Under the pieces are notes generated by a model. That model made no database searches. It saw nothing but the letters and a program-made list of their open reading frames with translations, and was not told where the DNA came from. A program made the position numbers and the translations under genes. Positions 40,437 to 54,285 of a stretch of 64,000 nt of DNA are shown here, piece after piece (positions within the stretch are counted from its first letter, which is position 1; each line of letters starts with the position of its first letter). The stretch comes from Adineta vaga. Lineage: Eukaryota > Animalia > Rotifera. The stretch is from positions 5,704,001 to 5,768,000 of the forward strand of contig CP075494.1 of NCBI GenBank assembly GCA_021613535.1, in the 5' to 3' direction.

Positions 40437-41239
40437 ATAGAAAAAAGAAAAGAATTGTCGTCATATTTAAATCATACATCTAAATACTTGTTTTTTTATC
40501 TTGTTGACGTGGCCAATACCATACTGAATAGTTGTTTAACTGTAGTGCAAGAGAAATGATTCAACGACGATTTCTCGTTCTATGCAATTGCTTTGCAATG
40601 TTTTTGCGATAAAAACAGTACGACAGACATGTTTTTTTCTCTTTCATTCTTCAACGTTCATGAGTCATAGCTGCGCCTATTATGAATCAGCATTATTTAG
40701 ATGGCTTGATATTTTATCTAAAATCTTGCATTGTCACTTGATTATAGGGAATCACTAATTGGTGATATTTACTAGCATTTAAGAAACTTTTCCTTAAATA
40801 AATTAATTACTGATAAAATATATTCTAAATTCATCTAGCAACACTCCCAAAGATGCATATCTTTCCAATGTTACAATATTTTTCTTTTGATAATTTATTA
40901 AAAAATATCTTTTCATTATCTATAATCTATCATGTCTTAGAATTAGATGTATCAAGACAGTTATAACTTTTGGAATAGTTTTCGCCAAGTGACAAGTCGA
41001 TAGTATTTACAGCATTCTTCTCGACATTGCTAGTCTGTGACTTACTCTCGAGATATGTATTTATCTCATGGATTTCATTATACACGTTGATGATGAAAGA
41101 GAAGGAAAGAGAAAATACAATGTAAAAAACATACAATATGCATGTACGTAGTAGGAGTAAGAGAAAGGGTTTATCTACTTGTTCCTTATTTAGAAAAGAG
41201 ACAAAAAGCACACTATTTCTGTATTTAGATACCATTCGT

Positions 41240-41335
41240 ATGTCCAACTCGCTAGGGTCTTATAATGATAAAAAAGATGGGTTGAAAGGAAGTAAAATGA
41301 AACAACATCATTACTTCGAAAAGTATAATACATAG
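41240..41335 (+). pseudogene. Internally deleted copy of the HNH/EndoVII toxin-like gene at 43581
   Basis: MSNSLGSYNDKKD-GLKGSKMKQHHYFEKYNT* aligns to both ends of 43581-43913 with about 80 central codons missing. Confidence 0.75.
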
Positions 41336-42622
41336 TGGAGATGAACGTCAGCAACAAATTTGAAAGTATACTACTAACATTCTCGTATTATAGATTAATA
41401 TGATTAGCACCAAAAATCCGACCAATATTATTAACTCTTACATATCCATTCTGAACTCTACCATCTATACATAGAAAAAAATAGAAATTATTCAAGAAAA
41501 TTTGTAATAGTAGTATCGTAGCATACTGGGTAATAAAACAACAATTAATTGACGAGCATAGAACATGTAATTTTATAAACAGAAAATTACGATACAAACC
41601 AATACTAACGTATTTTTTCGATCGATACTCTTTGGAACCCAAGGAAGCAACAAGTTTGATAAATTAATTACAATCACTGTTACCACCATTGACATATCTT
41701 ATTTATAAGAAAAAGAAGGAATATGTTTAAATGAACTACTAAATCGATATTCTGACTCGCCAGTACGAAGACGTCCACTACATTCCGTATTTAGTGAATT
41801 GCCGTGAGTTTTGGAAATTCAAGCAAAAGTAACATCACTACAACTTTTTATTCATGATCCGAATTAGTTGAAAAGTCTAGAGAGAGAGAGAGAGACCAGA
41901 GTCTAATTAATCTAATCTATATCTACAAACAAACCTTTTTCAAAAGCAATCCAATAATATATCAATTTAAAGCTTCCAACTGTTACAGAATAGTGAAGAA
42001 AGATAAGTATAATAGATACCAATATGAAATATTGCATGCTATTCGATCTATGCATTTCTTTTCACGAAAATTATCTATATAGACAACCCAATTGTAAATA
42101 GAACCTAAGGAAACAAAAAGTTATTCCATCCCATAAGATTTTCAAATGTGTATATGATATATGTGAATAAAATCATAACAGAATTGCATACCCAATCAAA
42201 ACGATTTATTTTTATTCAAACAAGAAAAGTATTAACAATAGAATTGATTTAAGGTATAGGCAAAAATTCAAAAACAGACTTTTTTTGCATCATTGGATAA
42301 TTTTAATAATAAAAATATGATGGAAATTAGGATCTCTTTATACTATGTTAATCAATGAAAAAAGTAAATTTTGTTGTGATAGGGACTGTGCTTGTTATTT
42401 TATAAGTCATTGTTGTAATTCTATCATGGTGAAGTTATCAGCACATACTCAAATATTGTGATTACGCACACTCTCAGTTGATGTTGACTCAAGTTAATCA
42501 AAAATTAAATCAAATCAACAGAACAGAAAAGGTAGCAGCAATTTCATGCTTATATATATGTGTAGTGTGAATACAACGTGCTATTTTTCCACCTATTATT
42601 TTTTCTAGTCTGTTCAAGGACA

Positions 42623-43346
42623 ATGTCTTCAATTATTTCGATTATTTGTTCGAACAATTGTATATTAGAAAATGAATCTTTGGAAAATGCTGTTCGTTTG
42701 AAAGATTGTACAACGATTAATAATACAGCAAATAATTCAGAATGTATTGTTTAATTTGAAATGAATTTAGTTTCAAAACGTCTAAATAATAATTTAACTT
42801 CAAAGATATTTACTGATAATTTTTCTACTGGAGAGTTACTAGTTATTATTCATTTTGATCTTGGCATTTCAAACTCTTCTTATATTGAAGTAACTTATAA
42901 ATGTCGTTCGAACAATTTGTATGATCAAGCATTTGCACGTGAAACCTTGACAAATTTACGTAGTAACATTGAAATCGATCAATTACGTGAAAAACTAGCT
43001 TCATCCTTGTATAATCCGACTACAGCAACAGTACCAGATATAATACGATGTGGCTCGCATTAGTAACCTTAGTGCAGCAACAATAAGCTGGAGACAAACA
43101 TACCGACCATCACAGTATGTTACGCAAAAATTAGATTATACATGCAACAATGATTATTGTACGGCAGCTGAAATAGTTACGAACATCACTGATATTTTAC
43201 ATAATGAATATGTTTTACCATTGAATATTTCAACGCAAAAATTGCCACCACCACCAATAACAACGCCATCGTCTGAAGGTATTACCATCATTCATCGTAT
43301 TTTGTATTTTATTTTGTCATTATGTTTCTCTATTTTAATTCTATAA
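42623..43346 (+). pseudogene. Decayed cysteine-rich surface or GPI-anchored-like protein
   Basis: CSNNC...DC...EC reading continues through an in-frame TAA at 42752-42754, with a frame change near 43050; YTCNNDYC motif, P/T-rich stalk and hydrophobic C-terminal tail. Confidence 0.55.
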
Positions 43347-43533
43347 ATATAATAAACTAGTCCTTCTTCTTTTTCATATTGCATGACTTATCTTATCAAG
43401 TCAAATATTGACTATAAATAAAACGAGAAAAAAAGCCAGCAAGAACGTAGTTGATATGTACTAATCACGTCTTTTGTTTATTACCATTTTGGATTATTCA
43501 TTGCAAGAAAGGAAAAAAACCATATCAACTTTA

Positions 43534-43541
43534 TATATAAA
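43534..43541 (+). promoter_or_regulatory. Candidate TATA box of the toxin-like gene
   Basis: TATATAAA about 40 nt upstream of ATG 43581; the AT-rich background lowers its significance. Confidence 0.35.
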
Positions 43542-43580
43542 TATCTCTGAAAGACAATCGAATTTCTCATTGTAAACACC

Positions 43581-43913
43581 ATGACATCGTCAACCTACAA
43601 TGATAAAAGAGATACTAATAGTGAATATCAAAATGAAGCATTTCAAAAAGCAAAATTTGCTAACGGAATACCAAAAGCAAAAGATCCGACTAATACAGGT
43701 CAACCCGAGAAAATCAAAGATACAAGCAATCCTGGTAAATATTTGTATCAATATGAATTTATTAACGATTATGGTGAAGAAATATCCATAAGATAGGATA
43801 ATGCAGTCAACTACAATGATTCAAATCCTAATCAAAAACCGCATTACAATGCTGGACCGAAAGGAAGTAAATTGAAACAACATCATTATTTTGAACATTA
43901 TAATAAAATTTAG
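43581..43913 (+). pseudogene. Stand-alone HNH/EndoVII-fold polymorphic-toxin-like nuclease (Tox-HNH-EHHH-like) with one in-frame TAG at 43794-43796
   Basis: NEAFQKAKFANGIP...LYQYEFINDYGEEISIR*DNAVNY...NQKPHYNAGPKGSKLKQHHYF. The reading frame is intact on both sides of the TAG. Confidence 0.7.
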
Positions 43914-44044
43914 TAGATTAATCCTATGCAGAAACGCATAAGCAAAAAAAGAACTATAGCTGTCGTTTTTGTGTAGTCATTCGTCTTTTTTCAATAATGT
44001 TTTATTACGTAGAATATAAGCAAGTTTCTCTTCAAAATATACTA

Positions 44045-47000
44045 TCAAGAACAAATATTTGCTGATATAAAATGCAACCATTTCACTACATAGTGTTTGT
44101 CGAGTAATGAACATTTCAATGCAGATATACCGTTTTCATACATCTCATTTGACACCGTTCTTGACTCTTCGAATACCCCTTCGAATAAAAATTGCCGCAT
44201 CAGATTCACTGTACCATGCTTTTCATTCATCTTCATCTTCCATTTATCATCTGACACACCTTGCAATGCTATATCACACATTTTCATACCATCTATAACA
44301 TCATCAAATAATATTAAACTATTCTCCTTCAATACATGATAAATATTTCCATATGTATTCTTTTCACCATTACTCAAATATACAATACTTTTCGCTGTAA
44401 AATCCACCGGTAATCCATTCACTCGACCACCTTCCAATCTCGTCGGATAACATTTCATCTTCATCATTTCACTCAATAACATTGTATAAACATCATCCAC
44501 ATTACATGCACCACTTCGACTATCACTACAAATCAATCCAAGTCGATATATCACCACTCGAACACCACATGCACTTGCTCGACTCATCAACTTCTCGGCT
44601 ACCCATTTACTTTGTGCATAACCACCTACCAGATCATCGACATTCGTCTCATCAATCGATCTCTCTTTCTCCACTCTACCACGACCAAGAACACTGATCG
44701 TCGACACATATTGAATCGGAATACAAGAATGTGAATGATGAGTGGCGAATCGAATGATCTCTCGAGTACCATGCACATTCGATCCATACAACTGATGATA
44801 TGGAAGAATGAAGTTGACATTTGCACCACAATGATAGATCACATCAACTTCACTTGCCAGTTTATCATATGTCTCGTCATTTGCTAGTCCAAAATGATGC
44901 TTCGACAGATCACCTCGTAGTGGGATGACACGCTGTTCATATTCATCATTCCAGATCTGGTAAAACAGCATATTCTTTCGAATTCGATCAAATGCATCCT
45001 TTTCATTCTCACATCGAACAAGACAAACAAACTGACATGTCGATGGATGCACTGTCAATAGTTCAGCTAACAGGAATGCACCAACAAATCCTGTTGTTCC
45101 AGTAATGAATATCATCGATGGATGCAATGCTGTGTTCTTGTGATCAGTGACAATGATATCGAGATCAGTATTGGCATCTTTCAACAGTTGTGTACCGATG
45201 GATCGTGACCATGAAGAGAGATGAGAAGGATGTTGAATGAGAGATGTGAGCTGTTGTAGATCGACTTGCGGATCGAAGAGAATGTCCATTGGAATCGACA
45301 CGCCAAGATCATGTTCGATCATTCGAGAAAGACGAGTCGCTGACAATGAATCGGTGCCCGTCGTGAGGATGCTATGGTGTTGTTCGTCAGAGGAAGTGAT
45401 CTCGTGTCCTGTGACTGTTTCGATGAGCGTTTTGAGTTGTTGTTCGAGTGAGTTATTGGATGTGTTGGCTCGTAGTTGGTGTGCGTAATGTGCAGCTATT
45501 TTATGTCGACAATGTTTCAACGATGATGTCAACAAACCATTTTCAGGCGTAAACGGATGAAAATCGATGATGATGTGAGATGGAATCTCATGTTTTCGAA
45601 GTGCTTCTTGTTCTGCAATGGATCGAAGATCTTGTTGAATAGCTTGAGAGAAGAGTGGGTGGGGGTTGCTGGTATCGAATGATGTGAGGTGATGCTGAAG
45701 AGCATATGCTTGTGCATACTGTTGATTTGGAACGATGACAGCAGAGACACAATCAGACAATAGATCACCATGGATATAGATTTGATCGATGAATGGACTC
45801 TGAATATAGATGCTTTGAAGATATTCAGGTGAAACAAATTGACCTTGTGCTAGTTTGAAGAAGTTCTTTTTTCGATCGATGACACGAATATGAATTTCAT
45901 TTGTATCACTTACACTTAGTTCAACAATATCACCAGTTCGAAAGAATCCATCATCAGTAATAGCAGCATTAGTTTCATCTGGATTGTTGATATATCCTGA
46001 GAACATCTGTGGTGTTTTGATGAGAAGTTCTCCTCGTGAGTAAGGTTTATCATCAGGTGTGTAGCCCATTTCGGGAACAGATTCGAGCCGATATTGAACA
46101 GTATCATCGAGAATACAGTTGTAGGTTACACCTCCACATTCAGTGATGCCATACGACTCGTGAATTGAACAATGTGTGAAACAACGTTTCATAAAATCGA
46201 GTACTACTGGACTGATCGGAGCTCCACCGGTACTGATCAGTTTGCAGCGATTGGGCATAAGTTTCGAAAATTCTTGAAGAACACACTGTTCTTTATTGGT
46301 AAACGTTTCAGCAGAAGCATTCACTGTTAGAAATGATAAGGCAATTTGAAATTCACTATAAATCTTGTTCCAAAAAGCGGGAACAGCTAAGAAATCTGTT
46401 GGTCTAACTAGTACGAGTTCATCCATGAGTCGTGATAGATCTCCTGTTGCAAATGCAGTTCGACCACCGTTAAGCATCGTTAAGATGATAGCATCACGAT
46501 CAGCCGCCCAAGCTAACGGTCGATAAGAAAAGTGAATATAATCTGATGACGATGATGGACACCGACGTGGAAGTGATGCTCGAACAGCTTTCTGTGAGAC
46601 TATAGCTCCTTTTGGAAAGCCAGAACTTCCACTCGTATATAAAATAGTGAGACAATCCTCAGGTTCAGCAAGAACATAAGTATATTTATTTGTCATACCG
46701 TTTCTTTCAATTTGATCCATTGAATGGATAAAAATCTTGTTTTCCCTATCTGCTGAAACAATCATTATACACGTTTTTCTGTAATATATACTTACTAGTC
46801 TTTTGTTCGAGAACAGGATCCATACATACAATATGTCGAAGTGATGAACACTGTGGCTGAACAGCAATAAATCTTGTCAACATGTCTTTATCGCATACTA
46901 TCACAGATATTTTTGTATTATTGATGACATATGCTATTTCACGATCAGTAAACAATGTGTAGATAGGAACACTGATAATACTTTGAAAGATGCATGCAAA

Positions 47001-47444
47001 ATCAGTAATCACCCATTCAGGTCGATTTCCAGCACAGATTCCAAGATAATCTCGAGGATTGATTAGTTGTCTCAAACCATGTCCAAAATGTTTTGCTCGA
47101 TCACCGATTGTTTTGAAAGTGAACCATGAATAAGAATCTTTGTAGATGGAAGGATTACTTTGATCTTGATCTCGTATTCCCATACAATGACGATCCCGAT
47201 ACATTGACAATGCTATTCGAAGTAGACCTGCTACATGTTTCGTATGAGATTTATGTTTTTCTGCAGGACCATAAGAAAGTTCGGAAACCATTCGATGCGG
47301 ATGCGGTGGATCCGAAGTCATTAGGCAATTCTCACAATAATCGAAATCATCACAAACCGTACAGTTATAACGAAGTTCTCCATGTTGAAGTGTACGATTA
47401 CATTTATTACAATACCAAAAACTTACTTTTCCCGAGGAAGTCAT
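44045..47444 (-). CDS. ZZ zinc finger + carboxylic acid reductase-like NRPS module (A-T-R), copy 2; intron about 46751-46795
   Basis: Same architecture, motifs and intron position as copy 1; ZZ CNKC...CTVCDDFDYCENC...HPH. Confidence 0.92.
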
Positions 47445-47764
47445 ATTAATATTAAGATCAGATATATTTGCATCACTAAACTACTAAGTTGAGCAAGATC
47501 AGAATGAAAGCAAAGAGCTGATTGGTAATTCAATTTTTCTATGACTCTCAATTATCTTTAACGATAGATGTCTTTTAAAATTATATTCTTCAAATTTATT
47601 TGTAATCTGAAAATCTTTGCGCAATATTCAAGATATGAAGAAACTATCAGTCCCTAGCTATTCAGTTTTTTCATGAATATAAATATTGTTTTAAATTGAT
47701 TTATTTTATTTTATTTCTAACTAAATAAGATCTTATAAATAAACTTGATTATTAGTTCGTTGAA

Positions 47765-48525
47765 TCATCCAAGTGAATCAACAAATTCTTTCATATAACG
47801 ATCTGATGGTGTCTTTTGACTAATTTCACATGTATAAATCGAATGTAAAGGTTTTTTCTTCCATATTGGTAATGTTTGAGGAACAATGGCATCTGCCGGT
47901 ATACGATTAGTATATGCAAATCGCCCGCCAAAATGCATCGCTGGTTTTGGATGATTTTGAAAATGATTTCGATATTCACTATTCAATGAATGTGGAACTT
48001 GATTACGCCAAAATGGACGTGCACGATTATAAGCCAAAGGAAGTTGAAATCCTTGACATGATCCTTAACAACAAACAAACAAACAAAGAGTAGCAAATCT
48101 TTGAATGAAAATTAAAACTAATTATTACCAGTATAATCTACTTGATATGTTGAATCTAATTGATTTCTTAATGCTTGCTTAACTTCATCCGAGATTGAAT
48201 CATTGAAACTTTCCGATCGTCGAGGACATTGTGTACATTGTTGTTTTTGAGAGTCAGATTGTTCGATTATACTCGTATTCTCATAGAAAGAAGGTTTTCG
48301 TTCTACATTCTTAGTACGAGCAAAATCCATTGTATAGATCGATTCACCTACAGGATCCGCTAGATTAAAAGGACAACCAATTAAATATCGTTGACTCAAT
48401 GGTGCACCTTCAACAATAGGTGCTGGTCTTTTCGCACTAAAGGCACGTTTATATGTTGTTTCGTAGTCTTGATTTCTTCTACAATGGTAGGATGTTTTTA
48501 AGCGAGGACGAAGGCAAGCATCCAT
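47765..48525 (-). CDS. Probable ciliary microtubule-binding protein (TEX26/SAXO-like short repeats), 2 exons
   Basis: Repeated [ST]xYxxx[FY] motifs: ETTYKRAF, SIYTMDF, STYQVDY, SEYRNHF, SIYTCEI. Confidence 0.5.
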
Positions 48526-49030
48526 TTTCACTTTTATATAAATGACAAAAATAGTTAAGAAATAAGAACTACATAGTGATGCTTTCAAACAATTAAACAA
48601 CGAAGAAAAAGACGAATAAGTAACAGAACGCGACAACTTCACCTTAGTTACTAATTCACAACAGTTGTTTATTGAAATGATAGAACAATTTTCAATTTGA
48701 TAGACGATCTATTATGGTCATATGTTTTGGCAAAAATATGTGAATAATGTTTTGTTATCTTTTTTTGCAAATCATGTGTTCTAACAGTTATTTTTAACAT
48801 TTTCATTTATTACATACAGATAATTATCTTTAACACAAACGAAAAGTATTAGCATACGATATAGCAACATAATAATCATCGCACAAAAAAAAGAAAGAAA
48901 ACAAATGTTAAGATAATGCATCCTCAATAAGAAATATGTGAATATGATTGTTTAACGCGCAACAAAGAAAAAACAGAATAAATAAGAAGTAGAACAAACA
49001 GATAGATCTGACACTCGGTTATCGACATGA

Positions 49031-51269
<2,239 letters not shown>

Positions 51270-51550
51270 CTGGAAGTACATGAATAGAAATATTAATCAG
51301 CAACACAAACTGATCCCAGAAATAAGACAATTGATCCACAGTTTTTTCAAACAAAGAACATCGTCGAGAAGGAAGGAAGAATAGATGAAATATTTTCTAT
51401 TTGTTCAATCAATGAACCAATCGATCAATTATAAATTATGTCCAATAGAAAGATCGATACGATATGAATGAAAATTGTTTATTAGAAGAAGAATCGATAT
51501 GTTAGTTATTATTTATTCGATGTCATCAAAAGAAAAAAGCTAAGTCACAT

Positions 51551-52447
51551 TTAGAATTTCTCCGGAAGTTTTTCAATATCAATCGGATAACTTTTAATCG
51601 TTGATTTTTTTCCTTGATGTGAACGTATAACATAAATAAATAGAAAAGCCATACTCATATCCGAAAAAAGAAACCAAATAAATTCAGGACCAAAATATTG
51701 TGACCAAAATGGACCTTCCGATGCACAGATATGTTCTGCACCAAAGGATGTTGCAAGTAAACCAATAGCACCATACATTCCTCCAACAAAAAGTGCTGGT
51801 AAAGCATGACGACTGGATTTTAAACATAATTGTGTTATAAGATAAATAAAGCAACAAACAGCTATAACATCAAGATACAACACAGAGAAAGTCCATTCCC
51901 ATTGATTGATAAGTCCCAATGTCCAAAGAAGAAAAACGATAAAATATGATATGAACAATAAACATCGTGTGACTGTCGATTGAGGATTTAACAATCGTAT
52001 GTCACATAGACCGCAGAAGAGAAAACTAACCGCAATACTTGTTGTTAATCCCACATCAATGATTGTTACAATTAATTGAATAAAATCCATAGAACTATCA
52101 TTTGTACTTTGAAGAAGAGTTGATAATTTTTGTTTATCATCCAAAAAGCAATGTAAAATACCAGCGGATGTCATCATAATTCCATAGAGAAAAAATGTTA
52201 ATTGATAATAATATCGAACCGGAAATTTGCCTGGTAATTGATAGATACGTTTTGAACAATATAAACCAATTAACAAAGCCAACATACAAGTAGGAAGTAT
52301 TGAAGGATTTTCAATACAGAATGATGATCCATCATAATCATTAACACACCATTTAGCAGGCGATGATGGACATGATGAATTACTCGATGGACCATTACCA
52401 TCAATGAAATTTTGTAAACGAAGAAAATGTTGGAAAAATTTCACCAT
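51551..52447 (-). CDS. Uncharacterised multi-pass (about 7 TM) membrane protein, intronless
   Basis: About 7 hydrophobic segments; SAGILHCF and WFLFSD motifs; not a class-A GPCR. Confidence 0.7.
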   Translation of the reverse strand: MVKFFQHFLRLQNFIDGNGPSSNSSCPSSPAKWCVNDYDGSSFCIENPSILPTCMLALLIGLYCSKRIYQLPGKFPVRYYYQLTFFLYGIMMTSAGILHCFLDDKQKLSTLLQSTNDSSMDFIQLIVTIIDVGLTTSIAVSFLFCGLCDIRLLNPQSTVTRCLLFISYFIVFLLWTLGLINQWEWTFSVLYLDVIAVCCFIYLITQLCLKSSRHALPALFVGGMYGAIGLLATSFGAEHICASEGPFWSQYFGPEFIWFLFSDMSMAFLFIYVIRSHQGKKSTIKSYPIDIEKLPEKF

Positions 52448-52800
52448 CGTTTGTTTTGTGTCTTTCTTGTCTTACCTTATGTCTTCAACTGAAATAGATA
52501 GATTATTTATCAAATAATGTTAACAAACTAAGTTTGTTATCTTTTCAACACGTGTTTTATTCAACAAACAATGATAATAACTGTAAAAGAATCTTTTTTT
52601 TTAATATTAACTTACTGGTAATTGTTAGCTGAAGATATGACGTTATGATGACATTACATAACAAAATAGAAAGTTACTGTCTTTTTTCTTTCGAATATAA
52701 TAAATGCATTAATCACATTCACAATGTGAAAGATAGTTTATTTTTATTAGATAAAATGATCAAAAATATTGTCAAAGTAGGAAAAAATAGATCGAATGGC

Positions 52801-53962
52801 TTAAACTGTTGTTGTATAAGGATGTTTTGACAACCATAAAGCATCTGATCTTTCTTTTGCGTCAATCAAAAGTGTATGACGAAGTATACTGGAAAGATAG
52901 GAATCGTGTACTGAATTTTGATTTGGAGGAGGACGATAACATGGTTCAATATAATCCGGAGGTGTCATGTAAATCATACGATAGAGAATAGCACCTAATG
53001 ACCAAATATCCGCTTTTGTTGTAAGTATTGGGGCATGATGTCTAGAAACAATTGTTAATTCAGGTGCTGAATAAGGTGGAGTACCGTATGTGAGACTTCT
53101 AAATATATTAATATTGAATTACTTGTAAAGATGTTGTTACAAATACGTTACCTTGGTTCGTTAACTTTTTGAGCTATACCGAAATCTGTCAATTTAATAA
53201 TATTTCCGTAAAATAGGATTAAATTATCAGGTGAAATATTCAAATGCATCTACAAGAAGAAATCAAGTATAAAAACAAATGATTTAAAAGGCAATTGACA
53301 TTACTATATGAGAATTTTGCAGAGTAACAACAATATTTACTAATTGTCTCCATATTCCTTTTTTTTCTGTTGATAATAGTGCAGATCGTTGTGAAAGATA
53401 CTTTTCCAAATCTTGATATCCCAGTTCCATAACAAGAAAACTTAAACCTGTTTGATGAAAATCAAAATCATACAAATCTACAATATGATTTGATTTGCCA
53501 GTTAAACGTTTAGTCATCCTGATTTCATTTATAAATGATTGTGCAATCATTGAGATTTCTCTACTATCGCGTGCAACTAATGATAGAACTTTGATAGCAA
53601 CTGGTTTATCTACATGAACAGAACAAATTTGATATACTTGAAGAATAACACATCAATTGACTTACTATCCGAACGTCGATGTGCGGCATAAATAGAACTA
53701 AATCTACCCGTCGCAAGTTTCCTGTCAAAAATATACGGATGTTTATGAATCTCTATCAAATGATTTTCAATGGATATTGATCGATAAGTGTATTGTTGAG
53801 GGTGTTGTTGTTGATGATGATGATTTTGATGATAATTCGGATTCCGTGCATAATCTATTTTTGAGAAGAAAAGTTGTTGGAATAAAATTAGCAAGGCGGT
53901 AATTTTCAAAACTTACAATTTCCCGAAGGGATCGCATATGGTTGTACGTATGGCGACGACAT
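52801..53962 (-). CDS. Kinase array member K1, predicted pseudokinase
   Basis: Five exons; VAIK, DFG and APE present, but the catalytic loop reads HLNISPDN and the Gly-loop LATGRFSSIY. Confidence 0.8.
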
Positions 53963-54285
53963 AAAGGTAACACGAATAAGAAAAATTTATTGAAAATAAA
54001 TAATAATATTTATCGATGAAGATACAGTGATAGGTAACTAAATGAAATGGGAAATGTGTCATTAAAAACAACACGTTTTTTCATGTTATGACGCAAACAA
54101 AAAAACATGTACGTATCATTTCATCTTGCTTATTTATATATTTAATAAAGTATGATGATAATATGTTTCGTTAGAGATAAAAAAGCAATTTACAAAAGTG
54201 TTCGTTATTCAAAGAGAACGTGGTGTAGGAAAAACCGATTCTGATCGTTTTAATTTTAGTACATATAAACAATCAAAAATATATC

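Noticed and set aside
40930-41247. 105-aa minus-strand ORF upstream of CAR copy 1
   Set aside because: No recognisable motif; low-complexity hydrophobic composition typical of chance ORFs in AT-rich DNA.
37434-45837. Duplicated short ORFs (e.g. 37434/44482, 37578/44626, 38189/45237, 38481/45529)
   Set aside because: Shadow frames of the near-identical CAR tracts, not independent genes.
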